64,000 nt of DNA from Candidatus Oxydemutatoraceae bacterium (GCA_965212025.1 OZ243039.1:879216-943215), one strand, 5' to 3'. Counted from the stretch's first letter, positions 38,919 through 49,816 are shown. A program made the numbers and translations. Notes: generated from the letters alone by a model not told the origin.

Positions 38919-40792
38919 ATCAAAAGATTCCTCTTGCGTTTTCTGAACAGGGCGACGATAAGTGCCACGAGTACTACCAGTGCGGGGATCATGCCGATGT
39001 TGAAAATTTTGAGCCGAGTGCCCAATTCTTCTATGTCTTTATTCTGTTCATGGCGTACTTCGCGGAGTTTTTTGCGAACGAGCACGACATTTTCTCTGAA
39101 TTTGTTGATTTCTCTTTGCTGTTCTGCCGTCAGCAAAGGGGAGTTTGCGTCACTGCGTTTGGCTTGCAACTCGGCTAACTTGTCTTCGGTTGTCCCCAAC
39201 TCCGCTTGCAGCTTCTCTTCGGTATTCCGATAGCGTTTATTCGCGGCGTTTTCAATTTCTGAAACGCGCGTGAAGGGACGGAAAAATGCTTCGCGCCCGC
39301 GAATGCCCAACAAGTCTGAGCTACCGGACAAATTCTCAAGTACGTTGAGTACGAAGGTGCCGTTGCCAGCGAAAGCCTGCACAACGCGTTGGCCGAAAAA
39401 AGATTGCACGTTGACCCACATGCGGTCGCTCAGTATGTCCACGTCCGCAACCACTACCATATTTGCTGGCGACTGCGTGTTTTTCAGGTGCGTGGATGCC
39501 GTGTCTGGTGCCACAGGAGGGGTTTCAAAAGCGCTTTTCAGGTCAGCCGATATTCTGGCGATGAGGCTGAGATTCGGTTCCTTTTTCGCGCCTCGAAATA
39601 TGTTGTGCAGCATTTCCTGCGAAGACAGAAAGGGAGCCGAGGAGACGGACAGCAGTGCCGAGTCCTGCCCGGTATGAACCAAGGCTTTCAACTGAATTTT
39701 TGAGTCGTCCGGGTAGGGTTTCACGTATGAGCTCAGCGCGAAATTGAGTATCTGAAGGTGCTGCATGACGACGTCTTTTTTATCGAAATCCGCTTTGATC
39801 ATACCCAACATGGAGAAATGGTCGAAACGTTGCTGGCTTTGCGTACTGACCTGCAGTGAGCGTGGTGGATCTGCGACGATTCTCTCCGGAACCTCAAACC
39901 CCCATTTTCGAAACAACCCATTCAGCGAAGAGCCCCGCTTTTGCGGCGAGGCAGGATCCTGTGCTTGCAGGGGGGTGGGATCCACTTCGGCGAAAGGGTC
40001 AACGAAAAACAGCGCGCGGCCACCACGCATGACAAATTGATCAATTGCGTACAAGGTTTTGGGTTGCAAGTCTTTGGGGTGAACCACCATCAGCACTTTG
40101 GCTTCCGGGTCAATGGTCTCGACGGTCTGGTGGATCAGGCGAAGATCAAAGAGCTGGCGTATTTGTTCGGCAATGACCCATGGGTTGTTGCGTTGCCCGG
40201 TGGTCGTGTCAATGGCGGGAGGCAACATATCCAGCGATGTCATCAGGGCGACCACCGGCCGTTCTGTTTCCACGAGCCGGTAAATCATTTTGTCAATTTC
40301 GTATTCCAGAAGATCTTCTTTTTCCGGTCGCAAAAACGGAATGACTTCAACTCCGTCCAGGGAATTGCTTGCCGCCAAGCCAAAATACAGCACTTCGCCG
40401 TTGGGCAAGGCGACAGCCTGTATTCCCAAGCGGGTTGCACGGTCTTCAATTTCCGAGAAAGGCTTCGGGTCAGCAAAATGCAATTTTATGTAGCCATGGG
40501 AGTTAGCGGCGAACTCTTCGAGTATTTCACGGACCCGGAGCGCGTAATTTCTGATTTCCGGACGATCCTTCGAGGCTTCCTCCGAGAAAAAAAAGTAGAA
40601 ATTCAACGACGAGTCCAGCTTGTTCAGCAGCCGGTATGTCCCTTCGTTGAGCGTGAACAACCTGTCTTCGGTCAAATCCAGTTTGTAGCCTTGCAAAGTC
40701 AGGTTGCTCAGAGCGATCAGCGTGACGAACAACACGGCCAGTAATGGCAAGGTCAAGGCGTGATCTAAACCCTGCAACTTGAATCTGTTCAC
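38915..40792 (-). CDS. GldG-like ABC-transporter auxiliary component
   Basis: The product is 625 aa with N- and C-terminal TM segments, a large extracytoplasmic domain and a C-terminal coiled-coil/TM region (KLQAELGTTEDKLAELQ ... IGMIPALVVLVALIVALF). It is translationally coupled to the ABC permease. Confidence 0.55.
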   Translation of the reverse strand: MNRFKLQGLDHALTLPLLAVLFVTLIALSNLTLQGYKLDLTEDRLFTLNEGTYRLLNKLDSSLNFYFFFSEEASKDRPEIRNYALRVREILEEFAANSHGYIKLHFADPKPFSEIEDRATRLGIQAVALPNGEVLYFGLAASNSLDGVEVIPFLRPEKEDLLEYEIDKMIYRLVETERPVVALMTSLDMLPPAIDTTTGQRNNPWVIAEQIRQLFDLRLIHQTVETIDPEAKVLMVVHPKDLQPKTLYAIDQFVMRGGRALFFVDPFAEVDPTPLQAQDPASPQKRGSSLNGLFRKWGFEVPERIVADPPRSLQVSTQSQQRFDHFSMLGMIKADFDKKDVVMQHLQILNFALSSYVKPYPDDSKIQLKALVHTGQDSALLSVSSAPFLSSQEMLHNIFRGAKKEPNLSLIARISADLKSAFETPPVAPDTASTHLKNTQSPANMVVVADVDILSDRMWVNVQSFFGQRVVQAFAGNGTFVLNVLENLSGSSDLLGIRGREAFFRPFTRVSEIENAANKRYRNTEEKLQAELGTTEDKLAELQAKRSDANSPLLTAEQQREINKFRENVVLVRKKLREVRHEQNKDIEELGTRLKIFNIGMIPALVVLVALIVALFRKRKRNLLI

Positions 40793-41523
40793 GACGCCTT
40801 CCGCTGTTCAAGGACAATCACATTGGCCGTCAGCCAGAAAGCAATCATCAGCAGGAAAAAGACAAAGTCCTGCAAATTGATGACTCCTCTGCTGATGGCC
40901 GCAAAATGAGAATAGAAGCTCAAGGAAGAAATCGTGTCTACGACTACCTGAGGGAACCATAGCTGGAAAAAATCCAGAACCAGCGGCAGGCTGCTTAGCA
41001 GAAAAGTAAAGCAAATGACCAGGCTGACGATGAAAGCGATCACTTGGTTTTTTGTGCTCGCCGAAATGCAGGAGCCAATTGCCAGGTAGGATCCGGACAT
41101 CATAAAGCTGCCTAGGTAGGCAGCGAGTATCGCTCCGTTGTCAGGCGACCCAAGGTAGTTCACGGTGAGCCAGATCGGGAATGTGAGTGCCAGAGCCAAA
41201 GCCAGGAAGAGCCAGGCGGCAAGGAACTTTCCCAGCACCGCCTGCGTCATGGTGATTGGCAGTGTCATGAGCAATTCTATGGTGCCCGTTTTGCGTTCCT
41301 CTGCCCAAAGACGCATGGTGATGGCGGGTATCAGGAACAGGTACAGCCACAAATGGAAATTGAAGAAGGGAACCAAGTCTGCCTGGCGACGTTCGTAAAA
41401 GCCGCCCAGATAAAAAGTAAATGAAGCGCTCAGCACGAGGAAAATCACAATGAACAAATAAGCCAGCGGCGAAGTGAAATAGCTTGCCAGCTCACGACGC
41501 ATGATGGCCAGAATAGTACTCAT
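40789..41523 (-). CDS. ABC-2 family transporter permease (GldF-like)
   Basis: The 244-aa protein has about 6 TM segments. It is overlap-coupled to the ATPase upstream. Confidence 0.65.
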   Translation of the reverse strand: MSTILAIMRRELASYFTSPLAYLFIVIFLVLSASFTFYLGGFYERRQADLVPFFNFHLWLYLFLIPAITMRLWAEERKTGTIELLMTLPITMTQAVLGKFLAAWLFLALALALTFPIWLTVNYLGSPDNGAILAAYLGSFMMSGSYLAIGSCISASTKNQVIAFIVSLVICFTFLLSSLPLVLDFFQLWFPQVVVDTISSLSFYSHFAAISRGVINLQDFVFFLLMIAFWLTANVIVLEQRKAS

Positions 41524-42446
41524 GAGGTTTTCCCCGCCGTTAACTTTCTGAAAACGTCTTCGAGGCGTCCCGTTTCCGGACGCAGGTCATGAGTAGGCCA
41601 TGACTGGGCAAACGCATACTGCTTCAAGATCGGGTAAATGTCTTCGTTTTCATTTTTTGGGAACACGATGACGCGTCCATTGACTGGGTCAGATTCCAGT
41701 TTTCCGACTTCCTGTAGCCTGCCGAGTTCTTCAAGCAGCTTTTGATCCGTGCAAAACATGCTCGCAGCATTGCGGTAACCGGAACGGAGCAACATGGCGT
41801 CCGGTGTCTCGTCGATCAGCAGTCGGCCTTCGGAAATGATCAGGACGCGGTTACAGACCGCAGACACTTCTTCCAGAATATGCGTTGAAATGATTACAGT
41901 TTTTTCGCTCGTCAGCGTGCGAATCAAATTTCTGACTTGGTGCTTCTGATTGGGATCCAGACCATCCGTAGGCTCGTCAAGAATGAGTACTTTCGGGTCA
42001 TGCAGCAAGGTTTGGGCAAGGCCGACCCGGCGTTTGAAGCCCTTGGAGAGCGTGTCAATGGGCTTGTTGAAATTTGTTTCAAGCTGCAGAAGCTCCACAA
42101 CGTATGCGATGGCGTTTTTGGCAGCCGCCCCTCTCAACTTTCTGATGCGCGCGACGAATTGCAGAAATTCGCCGACAAACATTTCTCCGTACACGGGTGC
42201 CCCTTCTGGCAAATAGCCGATTTCCCGTTTCACGGATACGGGGTCAGTGGCGAGGTCGTGGCCGCAGACCTTGACGCTTCCGGAACTGGGCGGGAAAAAG
42301 CCGGTTATGATTTTCATGGTGGTTGACTTGCCCGCGCCATTGGGGCCGAGAAAGCCCAGCACTTGACCGGCTTCAGTCTTGAAACTCAAGTTGTCGATCG
42401 CAAGTACCGAGCCAAAGCGCTTGCTGAGATTGTTGACTTCAATCAT
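41520..42446 (-). CDS. ABC transporter ATP-binding protein (GldA-like)
   Basis: The Walker A motif GPNGAGKSTT, the signature LSKGFKRRVGLA and the Walker B motif LILDEPTDGLD are all present. The start is placed at MIEVNNLSKRFG; the ORF extends to 42503. Confidence 0.85.
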   Translation of the reverse strand: MIEVNNLSKRFGSVLAIDNLSFKTEAGQVLGFLGPNGAGKSTTMKIITGFFPPSSGSVKVCGHDLATDPVSVKREIGYLPEGAPVYGEMFVGEFLQFVARIRKLRGAAAKNAIAYVVELLQLETNFNKPIDTLSKGFKRRVGLAQTLLHDPKVLILDEPTDGLDPNQKHQVRNLIRTLTSEKTVIISTHILEEVSAVCNRVLIISEGRLLIDETPDAMLLRSGYRNAASMFCTDQKLLEELGRLQEVGKLESDPVNGRVIVFPKNENEDIYPILKQYAFAQSWPTHDLRPETGRLEDVFRKLTAGKTS

Positions 42447-42836
42447 GGTTTGACGCGACTGGTTTTGAACCCGTAAATTTTCTCCCAAATGCTTGCGTGC
42501 CACCGGATGCCCACTGGCTTTTCGGTTTCGCTGCTGCCGGTTTCGCTTGTCTCACGATCTTACGCAATTGAAACGTGAAACCGCTTCCCGGGTGCGCCCG
42601 CAGATTCTTGCCAACGGGTCACTGCCCCGGCTGTTTGGAAGGTTTTTCATAGCCATGCTCCGGATAACTCCAAAGTAATCCCGATCGTTTGTTCCCGTGC
42701 TTGTGCCAGCTTTCCCTAAGAGTTTCGAAAAGCCGTCTCAATTATAGTCAAAATTCACAGCTTTCAAGCGGGGGGAATCGCCCGAATGATTGATGAACGC
42801 CAATGTGGAGGTGGAAACCGTGCTGCCTTTCACCCG

Positions 42837-43916
42837 TTACACGGACTCAAGCATGCGTTCGGCCTGGCGTTTTTGTGACAGAGGCTCCAACAATAACTCA
42901 AGAGCACCGTTCATCAATTCAGGCAGGCGGTAGAGCGTCAAATCTATGCGGTGATCAGTCACGCGGCGCTGTGGAAAATTGTAGGTTCGAATTCTTTCCG
43001 AGCGATCGCCGCCGCCGATCAGGTTTTTTCTCTGTGCGTCCAGATTTGCTTTATTTTCCTGCTCAATTTTATCGAGGATGCGGGCTTTCAGTAATGACAT
43101 GGCTCGATCTTTATTGCGGTGCTGCGAGCTTTCGTCCTGACATTCCACTTTTATTCCGGTAGGCAGGTGGACGATGCGAATGGCAGAGTCGGTTTTGTTC
43201 ACGTGTTGTCCGCCAGCACCGGAAGCCCGAAAGGTGTCGATTCTCAGTTCAGATGGCAGCAGTTGGATTTCGTCTGTTTTTTCGTTTTCGGGCAAGACCG
43301 CAACCGTGGCGGCCGAGGTGTGGACGCGACCTTGCGACTCGGTTTCAGGGATCCTTTGGACACGATGCACTCCGGATTCTGACTGCAGCAGATTGTAGAC
43401 TCCATGACCCCGCATCCTGACGATGGCTTCGCGAAAGCCTCCGTGTTCTCCTTCGCTGAGGGTGATGGTTTCTGTTTCCCAGTTTTTACTTTCAGCGTAG
43501 CGGCAATACATACGAAACAGGTTGCCGGCAAAAATTGCGGCTTCAAGTCCCCCGGTTCCGGCACGGATTTCCAGGAAAAGGCTCTGAATCTGTTGCTTGT
43601 CACCCTGGCCAAGGCAGTCGTGTAATTTCTCCGTCGTCACCGCCAGCTTGTGACGCAAGACTTCTGCCTCCTCGGTGGCAAACGCGCGCATTTCCTCATC
43701 CGGATCGTCTTGTATTTTTTCCGCACTGCTCAGCTCGTTTTTTGTTTCGCGGTAGGCGTGAAAGTGCTTCAGAAACGGCTGGTTGTGCGAATACTCCTGG
43801 CTGAGCTTCTGGTAGTTTTTCCGGTCATTTTGCGTGTCTGGATCGGAGAGCTGTTCGATGATTTCTTTCTGTCTCAAATCCAGCGCTTGTAAACGGGAAA
43901 ACAAGGCGGGGTTCAT
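42837..43916 (-). CDS. prfA: Peptide chain release factor 1
   Basis: The RF1 PxT-type domain and the GGQ motif (RASGAGGQHVNKTDSAIR) are present. Confidence 0.95.
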   Translation of the reverse strand: MNPALFSRLQALDLRQKEIIEQLSDPDTQNDRKNYQKLSQEYSHNQPFLKHFHAYRETKNELSSAEKIQDDPDEEMRAFATEEAEVLRHKLAVTTEKLHDCLGQGDKQQIQSLFLEIRAGTGGLEAAIFAGNLFRMYCRYAESKNWETETITLSEGEHGGFREAIVRMRGHGVYNLLQSESGVHRVQRIPETESQGRVHTSAATVAVLPENEKTDEIQLLPSELRIDTFRASGAGGQHVNKTDSAIRIVHLPTGIKVECQDESSQHRNKDRAMSLLKARILDKIEQENKANLDAQRKNLIGGGDRSERIRTYNFPQRRVTDHRIDLTLYRLPELMNGALELLLEPLSQKRQAERMLESV

Positions 43917-45169
43917 TTTCGGGGTTCTGGCGAGAAGATTTTTTTCTCGGCTTCCGGGGGCAAAGGAATATTCAGTTCAGTCAGCGATTTCAGAAGCGTG
44001 ATGGTTTGGTGCGAAAGCGCGCCGCTGAGTGACGTGCAAAGATAATCCACGACTTTTTCCGGAGTTTTTCCTTCCTGGATCATCGCCATCGCCGTGCTTT
44101 TAAGCTCTTCGCGCTTAGTAGCGGTGCTGGTCTGGTACGTGGCAAGGAGTTCGCCCAGTTTCTGCGCCCGAATCCAGGCAAAATATTTTACGACTTCCTG
44201 GTCGATGATTTCCTGGGCTTTCAATCCTTCTTCTATCCGCACTGCCTGGTTTTTCCTGGCGACTTTCGCCAAATGCTCCAGATCGTATAAAAACACGTCA
44301 TCCAGATTTCCGACACGTGGGTCTATATCGTGCGGCACAGCCAGATCAGCCATGAGCACGACACGATGGCGGCGTTTTTTTATGGCTTTTTTTACGCTCT
44401 CCAGTTCCAGAAAACACGTCTCACTCGCGGTCGCACTGACGATGATGTCAAAGTTGTGCAGCACCTCGGGGAGATTCGCGACGGCCAAGGCTTCAACGCC
44501 GAATTGCGCCGCCACACGGGCGGTTCTTTCAGGAGAGTGCCCGGCAATGGCATAGCTTCCGAGTTGCTGTTTCTGCAAATGTTTCATGGCGGTTTGCGCG
44601 ACCTCTCCGGTTCCAATGAGCAACACACGCTTTTGGGAAAAGTCGGCAAAGAGGTGTTTGGCAAGCTTGACGACCAATGCCGGAAAAGAAATGGATCGCT
44701 TGCCGATTTCGGTTTCATGCCTCACCCGCTTGGCGGCAGCAAGTGCGTGTTCAAAAAGCCGTGACAGCTGGGTTCTCGTACACCCGCTTTCCCGAGCCTT
44801 GTACAGTGCTGTTTTGACCTGTCCCTGAATCTGGCTTTCTCCGATCAGCATGGAATTCAGACCGCATGCCACTTCGATCAAGTGCCGCAACGCCGCTTCC
44901 TCTTTGTGCAGGTAGGCGTATCTTTCAAATATTGCGGTTGGGATGCCCCGATACTCGCTGAACCAGCTTACTGCCCTTTCGACGGGAACTCCCGACACAT
45001 AAAGCTCACAGCGATTGCAGGTTGTCAAAACGAGTGCTTCAGCGCTTTTCGGGATTGCCTGGCGCAGGCTAAGAAGTCCCTCTTGCAGTTGGCGGGATGG
45101 AAGGCACGCCAACGCCAAAACTTTCATGCCAGCACTGTGGTGATTCAGTCCGGTGATTGCTATGGCCAT
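43913..45169 (-). CDS. hemA: Glutamyl-tRNA reductase
   Basis: The N-terminus AITGLNHHSAGMKVLE, a TCNRCELY-type segment and an NADPH-binding motif (LLIGTGEVA) are present. The gene lies upstream of prfA, as in the canonical hemA-prfA operon. Confidence 0.9.
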   Translation of the reverse strand: MAIAITGLNHHSAGMKVLALACLPSRQLQEGLLSLRQAIPKSAEALVLTTCNRCELYVSGVPVERAVSWFSEYRGIPTAIFERYAYLHKEEAALRHLIEVACGLNSMLIGESQIQGQVKTALYKARESGCTRTQLSRLFEHALAAAKRVRHETEIGKRSISFPALVVKLAKHLFADFSQKRVLLIGTGEVAQTAMKHLQKQQLGSYAIAGHSPERTARVAAQFGVEALAVANLPEVLHNFDIIVSATASETCFLELESVKKAIKKRRHRVVLMADLAVPHDIDPRVGNLDDVFLYDLEHLAKVARKNQAVRIEEGLKAQEIIDQEVVKYFAWIRAQKLGELLATYQTSTATKREELKSTAMAMIQEGKTPEKVVDYLCTSLSGALSHQTITLLKSLTELNIPLPPEAEKKIFSPEPRK

Positions 45170-45312
45170 TTGCTTGGAAATAACGCCATTTCGACCTGGG
45201 GGATAGTGCTACAATCCGCCTGTTATATGGGCAGGTTTCTTACTTGGCGTGGGCTAAATTGTACCAAAAGGCGGGCGCTTTTTGTAAGTTTGCGGCTTTG
45301 CGCGGGTTCTGA

Positions 45313-47076
45313 ATGACCTTTCCGGTGCGCATAAAACCCCCAATTCTGATTCTTGCGGGTGCGCTTTGTCTTTCTGCGTGCACGGCAAGCAATGAGCTTG
45401 GTTCTCCGGCGATGCTTGGTTTCATCCTTCCGACCGCGCAGCACCAGAAAGATTCTGACTTGCTGTACCACCTCATGACCGGGCAGCTTTATTACCGCAA
45501 AGGAGACGCCGGCGATTCCCTGGAACATTACGCGCTTGCTGCCGAAATCTCCGATGATGCAAAGGTCGTGGGGATCGCTTTCATGAGGGCAGCCGAGCAG
45601 GGGAACTTCGTCTTAAGTTATCGCTTGGCAAACAAGTACCTGCGTTTGGGTGGTAAGGAGCTTGCTTACAGAGAAATGCTCGCAGTGGTCTACACCGTGG
45701 CGGATGACATTGATGCGGTCGAGAGACAGGTTCGCAGTATTCCCGAAGTCGAACGAAAGAAGGGCTTCTTTTTTTCACGGCTTGCCGAGCTGTTGGTGAA
45801 AGTGAAATCAGCCAGGGAAGCCACGCAGACGCTGGCATCAGTGGTGTCCCGCTTTCCGGATGCAGTTGATGCACAGTCTGCGCTGGCCGTGTTGGCCTTG
45901 AAGTCGCAGGAATATGACGTAGCGCGCCAGGCGGCGGAAAACGTAATACAGCTGTCACCGGAAGATCATCAGCATTACTTCATCAAAGCCCGCAGCCTGA
46001 TCTTGCAGGGGAACCCGCAGGAAGGCCTCGCCATCGTCCGAGCTCACGCCCACGCACCAGAGTCGAGAAAGCACTATCTGACCAGGTTGAATTTCGTCAA
46101 GTTGCTTTTTGAGAACAATGAAGTGACTCAAGCGCAGGAAGAACTGGAGGATATGCTGACTATCTGGCCGCTCAATCCTGAAATCCTGGACAAATTGGCG
46201 ATATCCAATTACCGGTTCGAGGTGATTGGGGCTGCCGAAAAATATTTTTCCCGGTTGACGGAATATTTGGCTTTCGTCGACAAAGCGCACTACTACCTGG
46301 GACAGATTGCTTTGCAGCGAGGCAATTACCAGGCTGCCACTGACCATTTCAGGGAGGTGCACCCGGGTCAATACTTCCGCATCGCGCAATCAGCAGTGAT
46401 TGAAACGCTGAAAAAGCAGCAGAAGGCAGATTCGCTCCCGGAGTATTTTGAGGGCGAGCGAGCCCTGCAAAGCGATGCGTTTGCCAAGGCAACACTGTAC
46501 TTGTTGGAGACCAACGAGCTGCTCGTAGACGAGCGGAGGGAAGAAAGCTACCTTCTCCTGCAAAAAGCGACAAAAGAGATCCCCAATAGTGTTGATCTGC
46601 TGTATTTCCAAGGGATTGTTGCGGCAGAACTGGGGATGAAAGCGGCAGCCAAGAACGACTTCAGTCTGGTGGTCAAACTGGAACCGAACCACTACGATGC
46701 CCTGAATGCTCTGGGTTATATGTATGCCGATGACAACGAGCGCTTGCCGGAAGCCAAGAGTCTGGTCGAGCGCGCCTATCAGCTCAAAATGGACAGTTCA
46801 GAAATTCTGGACAGCATGGGCTGGGTTTTGTTCCGTTTGCAGAACTTTGAGCAGGCCGAACATTTTATGCGCCTGTCCCTGGCTCTGACACGCAACCCCA
46901 TTGTCGTCGGGCATCTCGTGGAAATCCTGTTGGCCATGGGGAGCGAAGACGAAGCGCGGGAGGAATTGTCTCATGGCCTGGCGGAATTCCCGGACGATGC
47001 CTATTTGCGAAGCCTTGTCACTCCATTGCCTCGCAGCACTTTAAAAGACGGAGAGGTTGAGACCTTATATTTTTAG
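45313..47076 (+). CDS. Tetratricopeptide-repeat lipoprotein
   Basis: A lipoprotein signal with lipobox (ILAGALCLSAC) is followed by multiple TPR-like helical repeats. It sits upstream of lolB, as in Pseudomonas. Confidence 0.7.
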   Translation: MTFPVRIKPPILILAGALCLSACTASNELGSPAMLGFILPTAQHQKDSDLLYHLMTGQLYYRKGDAGDSLEHYALAAEISDDAKVVGIAFMRAAEQGNFVLSYRLANKYLRLGGKELAYREMLAVVYTVADDIDAVERQVRSIPEVERKKGFFFSRLAELLVKVKSAREATQTLASVVSRFPDAVDAQSALAVLALKSQEYDVARQAAENVIQLSPEDHQHYFIKARSLILQGNPQEGLAIVRAHAHAPESRKHYLTRLNFVKLLFENNEVTQAQEELEDMLTIWPLNPEILDKLAISNYRFEVIGAAEKYFSRLTEYLAFVDKAHYYLGQIALQRGNYQAATDHFREVHPGQYFRIAQSAVIETLKKQQKADSLPEYFEGERALQSDAFAKATLYLLETNELLVDERREESYLLLQKATKEIPNSVDLLYFQGIVAAELGMKAAAKNDFSLVVKLEPNHYDALNALGYMYADDNERLPEAKSLVERAYQLKMDSSEILDSMGWVLFRLQNFEQAEHFMRLSLALTRNPIVVGHLVEILLAMGSEDEAREELSHGLAEFPDDAYLRSLVTPLPRSTLKDGEVETLYF

Positions 47077-47079
47077 CGT

Positions 47080-47835
47080 GTGGCTACCGATGAGAGTCTT
47101 CGATTTCTTCGTGGCATGGGTCAGCGCCTGCTGCCACGCTACCCCGGAGTGAGGCGCGAGCGGCCACTTCCTGAATTTCGCGCAGCTGCCAAAAGCAGGG
47201 CGGTGGTCGTTGCCGTTTTGCTTTCGGCTTTCCTGGGTGCCTGCTCATTGGATTTATTACGGCGTGATGCCATGCCTGAGCCCACTGGTGGAAGCTGGCA
47301 AGAGAAAGTTTCCCGGCTACAGAAGTTGACGGGTTGGCGCGCGCGCGGGAAGGTCAGTTTATGGCGGGACGGCGAAGGTTTCAGGGCACCATTTATTTGG
47401 GAATATCGTTCGGGGCATTCGCAAATATATTTTCTGGATGCGTTTGGTTGGCCACGTGGCAAGATTGAGTGGTCGGCAGATGGCACGGGTCATTTTAGCC
47501 AATCGGGGAAGCACCACCGCTTTGCTTCCTTACACGATTTTTCCCTTCGGCACTTTGGTGTTGATTTGCCATTGGCGGCAATCAGACATTGGGTGACCGG
47601 GGTGCCGCGCGTCCGGGATAAGATAGAAAACCTGCGCTTTTCTTCGGCGAAGGAAATAACGGACTTTGATCAGTCAGGTTGGCACGTGCAGTATTTGGCG
47701 CGCCATGATGTCGAAGGTTACTCGCTGCCAGCCAAGATGCGGGTGGAAAAACAAGATGCGGGAGTTTTGTTCTTGATCAGCCGCTGGCACAATTTGGTTT
47801 TTTCTGAGGAAGACCAGGAACATGCAGCTCAATGA
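47080..47835 (+). CDS. lolB: Outer-membrane lipoprotein LolB
   Basis: The lipobox is LGAC. IRHWVTGVP and MRVEKQDAGVLFLISRW align with the E. coli LolB segments LRQWILGLPG and MELTDGGQRIKLKMDNW. The start is uncertain. Confidence 0.7.
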   Translation: MATDESLRFLRGMGQRLLPRYPGVRRERPLPEFRAAAKSRAVVVAVLLSAFLGACSLDLLRRDAMPEPTGGSWQEKVSRLQKLTGWRARGKVSLWRDGEGFRAPFIWEYRSGHSQIYFLDAFGWPRGKIEWSADGTGHFSQSGKHHRFASLHDFSLRHFGVDLPLAAIRHWVTGVPRVRDKIENLRFSSAKEITDFDQSGWHVQYLARHDVEGYSLPAKMRVEKQDAGVLFLISRWHNLVFSEEDQEHAAQ

Positions 47836-48691
47836 GGGTCTGTGGCCCGCGCCCATGAAACTGAATCTGTTTCTGCGTATTGTTGGACGTACTCCACGAA
47901 ATTACCATGAAATTCAATCAATTTTTCGCGTGCTGGACTACTGCGACGATCTGGAAATTGCAGTGACCCAATCCGGAGCACTCGATTTTGGATGCAGCGA
48001 CCCGTCCATTCCGGATCACGATAACCTGGCCCTGCTGGCTGCGAAGCTGTTACAAAAGCGCTGCCATGTTCGTGCCGGGGCGAGAATTTTTGTGCACAAG
48101 AAAGTTCCGCCTGGCAGTGGTTTGGGAGCAGGGAGTTCCAACGCGGCAACCGTACTGCGAGTGTTGAATGTGTTGTGGCGTTGTGGCTGCACACCGGGCT
48201 TTCTGGAGAGTCTGGGTCACGAGCTTGGTGGGGACGTTCCTTTTTTTGTCCGCGGCGTGGATGCCTGGGTGGAGGGAGAAGGAGAGCGGCTGGTTCCAAT
48301 AAGCCTGCCGCCTGCGTACTATACGGTGTTCATTCCCAAGGTTTCGGTGTCCACAAAAGCCATGTATGAAGAACCTGATTTGACTCGGGATTGCTCGCCC
48401 ATTACAGAAAAGCTGTTTCGTGAAGGCAATACCCAAAATGTTTTCGAACCCTTGGTGAGAAAAAAATATCCAGTGATTCGGCGAATTCTGGATTGGTTGA
48501 AAGGCTTTTCGGAAGCGCATTTGAGCGGCACGGGCGCGGCGATTTTCGCCTCATTCCCGACTCGTGATGAAGCGCAGCGCGTTTGGAAGCTCCGACCCGT
48601 CGGCTTGCCAGGCTTTGTGGCGAAAGGATGTGGCAGATCACCTTTGCTGTCGTGTCTGGGGGTGGCATCGCCACCGCTTGCCGTTTGCTGA
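47822..48691 (+). CDS. ispE: 4-diphosphocytidyl-2-C-methyl-D-erythritol kinase
   Basis: KKVPPGSGLGAGSSNAATVL is the GHMP kinase motif. Confidence 0.9.
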   Translation: MQLNEGLWPAPMKLNLFLRIVGRTPRNYHEIQSIFRVLDYCDDLEIAVTQSGALDFGCSDPSIPDHDNLALLAAKLLQKRCHVRAGARIFVHKKVPPGSGLGAGSSNAATVLRVLNVLWRCGCTPGFLESLGHELGGDVPFFVRGVDAWVEGEGERLVPISLPPAYYTVFIPKVSVSTKAMYEEPDLTRDCSPITEKLFREGNTQNVFEPLVRKKYPVIRRILDWLKGFSEAHLSGTGAAIFASFPTRDEAQRVWKLRPVGLPGFVAKGCGRSPLLSCLGVASPPLAVC

Positions 48692-48758
48692 ATTGCCAGG
48701 TGCATTCAAGTATGGTTTCCGAAGTAGCGGGGTTCGATTTCGATGCAATGTGGTTTTA

Positions 48759-48833
48759 TGGGCCGTCGCCAAGTGGTAAGGCACCGGGTTTTGATCCCGG
48801 TATTCGCAGGTTCGAATCCTGCCGGCCCAGCCA
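48759..48833 (+). tRNA. tRNA-Gln (anticodon TTG)
   Basis: A 75-nt cloverleaf folds with acceptor TGGGCCG/CGGCCCA, anticodon stem CCGGG/CCCGG and loop TTTTGAT. It closely resembles E. coli tRNA-Gln, and the CCA end is encoded. Confidence 0.85.
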
Positions 48834-48850
48834 ATTTCCAAGGATGACAA

Positions 48851-49816
48851 GTGCTGACTGATACCCGAAAGCCCATCATTGTATCTGGCAACGCCAATCG
48901 TCCGTTGGCGACAAAGATCGCCCAGTACCTCAATCAACCCCTTGCCGCCGCCACTGTTGGCCGTTTCAGCGATGGAGAAATTCGGATTGAAATAGAAGAA
49001 AGCGTCCGCGGTGCAGACGTTTTTGTCATTCAACCAACTTGTGCGCCGGTTAATGATCACCTGATTGAATTGCTGCTTCTGATTGACGCACTGTACCGGG
49101 CATCAGCAGGCCGCATCACAGCTGTGATGCCTTATTTTGGCTATTGCCGTCAGGATCGCAAACCACGGTATATGCGTGTTCCGATTTCCGCCAAAGTGGC
49201 GGCAAATATGATTGGCAGCGTCTCGGCCAGCTGCATCCTGACAGTAGATTTGCATTCGGATCAAATCCAGGGGTTTTTTGACGTTCCGGTCGACAACGTG
49301 TACGCCTCACCGGTGTTCCTGAAGGACATCAAACTAACGCTTCGGGATGGTGCCCCCCTGGTGGTGGTTTCTCCCGATGTGGGAGGCGTGGTGCGTGCCC
49401 GTGCCGTTGCCAAGCGTTTGGGAGATGCCGATTTGGTTATCATCGACAAGCGACGCCCACGCCCCAACGAAGCAGAGGTGATGAATATTATCGGCAACGT
49501 AAAAGACAGGCGGTGCGTGATCGTCGACGATCTTGTGGATACCGCGGGAACGATATGCAGTGCCGCCGCCGCGTTAAAGAAGCAAGGAGCAGTGGAAGTT
49601 AAAGCTTATGCCACGCACTCGCTGCTGTCAGAGAATGCGGTGGACAAAATACAAAGTTCACAGCTCGATGAAGTCGTGGTGAGCGATACCATTCCCTTGC
49701 TTGCTTCGTCTGTAAACTGCCCGAAAATCAGGCAATTAAGCGTCGCAGAGCTGCTTGCCAAGGCCGTACATCGCGTCAATACATCCGAGTCTTTGAGTAG
49801 CCTGTTTGCGGGTTGA
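48851..49816 (+). CDS. prs: Ribose-phosphate pyrophosphokinase
   Basis: [25 protein letters not shown] and the PRPP-binding motif [10 protein letters not shown] are present. The start is GTG. Confidence 0.9.
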   Translation: MLTDTRKPIIVSGNANRPLATKIAQYLNQPLAAATVGRFSDGEIRIEIEESVRGADVFVIQPTCAPVNDHLIELLLLIDALYRASAGRITAVMPYFGYCRQDRKPRYMRVPISAKVAANMIGSVSASCILTVDLHSDQIQGFFDVPVDNVYASPVFLKDIKLTLRDGAPLVVVSPDVGGVVRARAVAKRLGDADLVIIDKRRPRPNEAEVMNIIGNVKDRRCVIVDDLVDTAGTICSAAAALKKQGAVEVKAYATHSLLSENAVDKIQSSQLDEVVVSDTIPLLASSVNCPKIRQLSVAELLAKAVHRVNTSESLSSLFAG

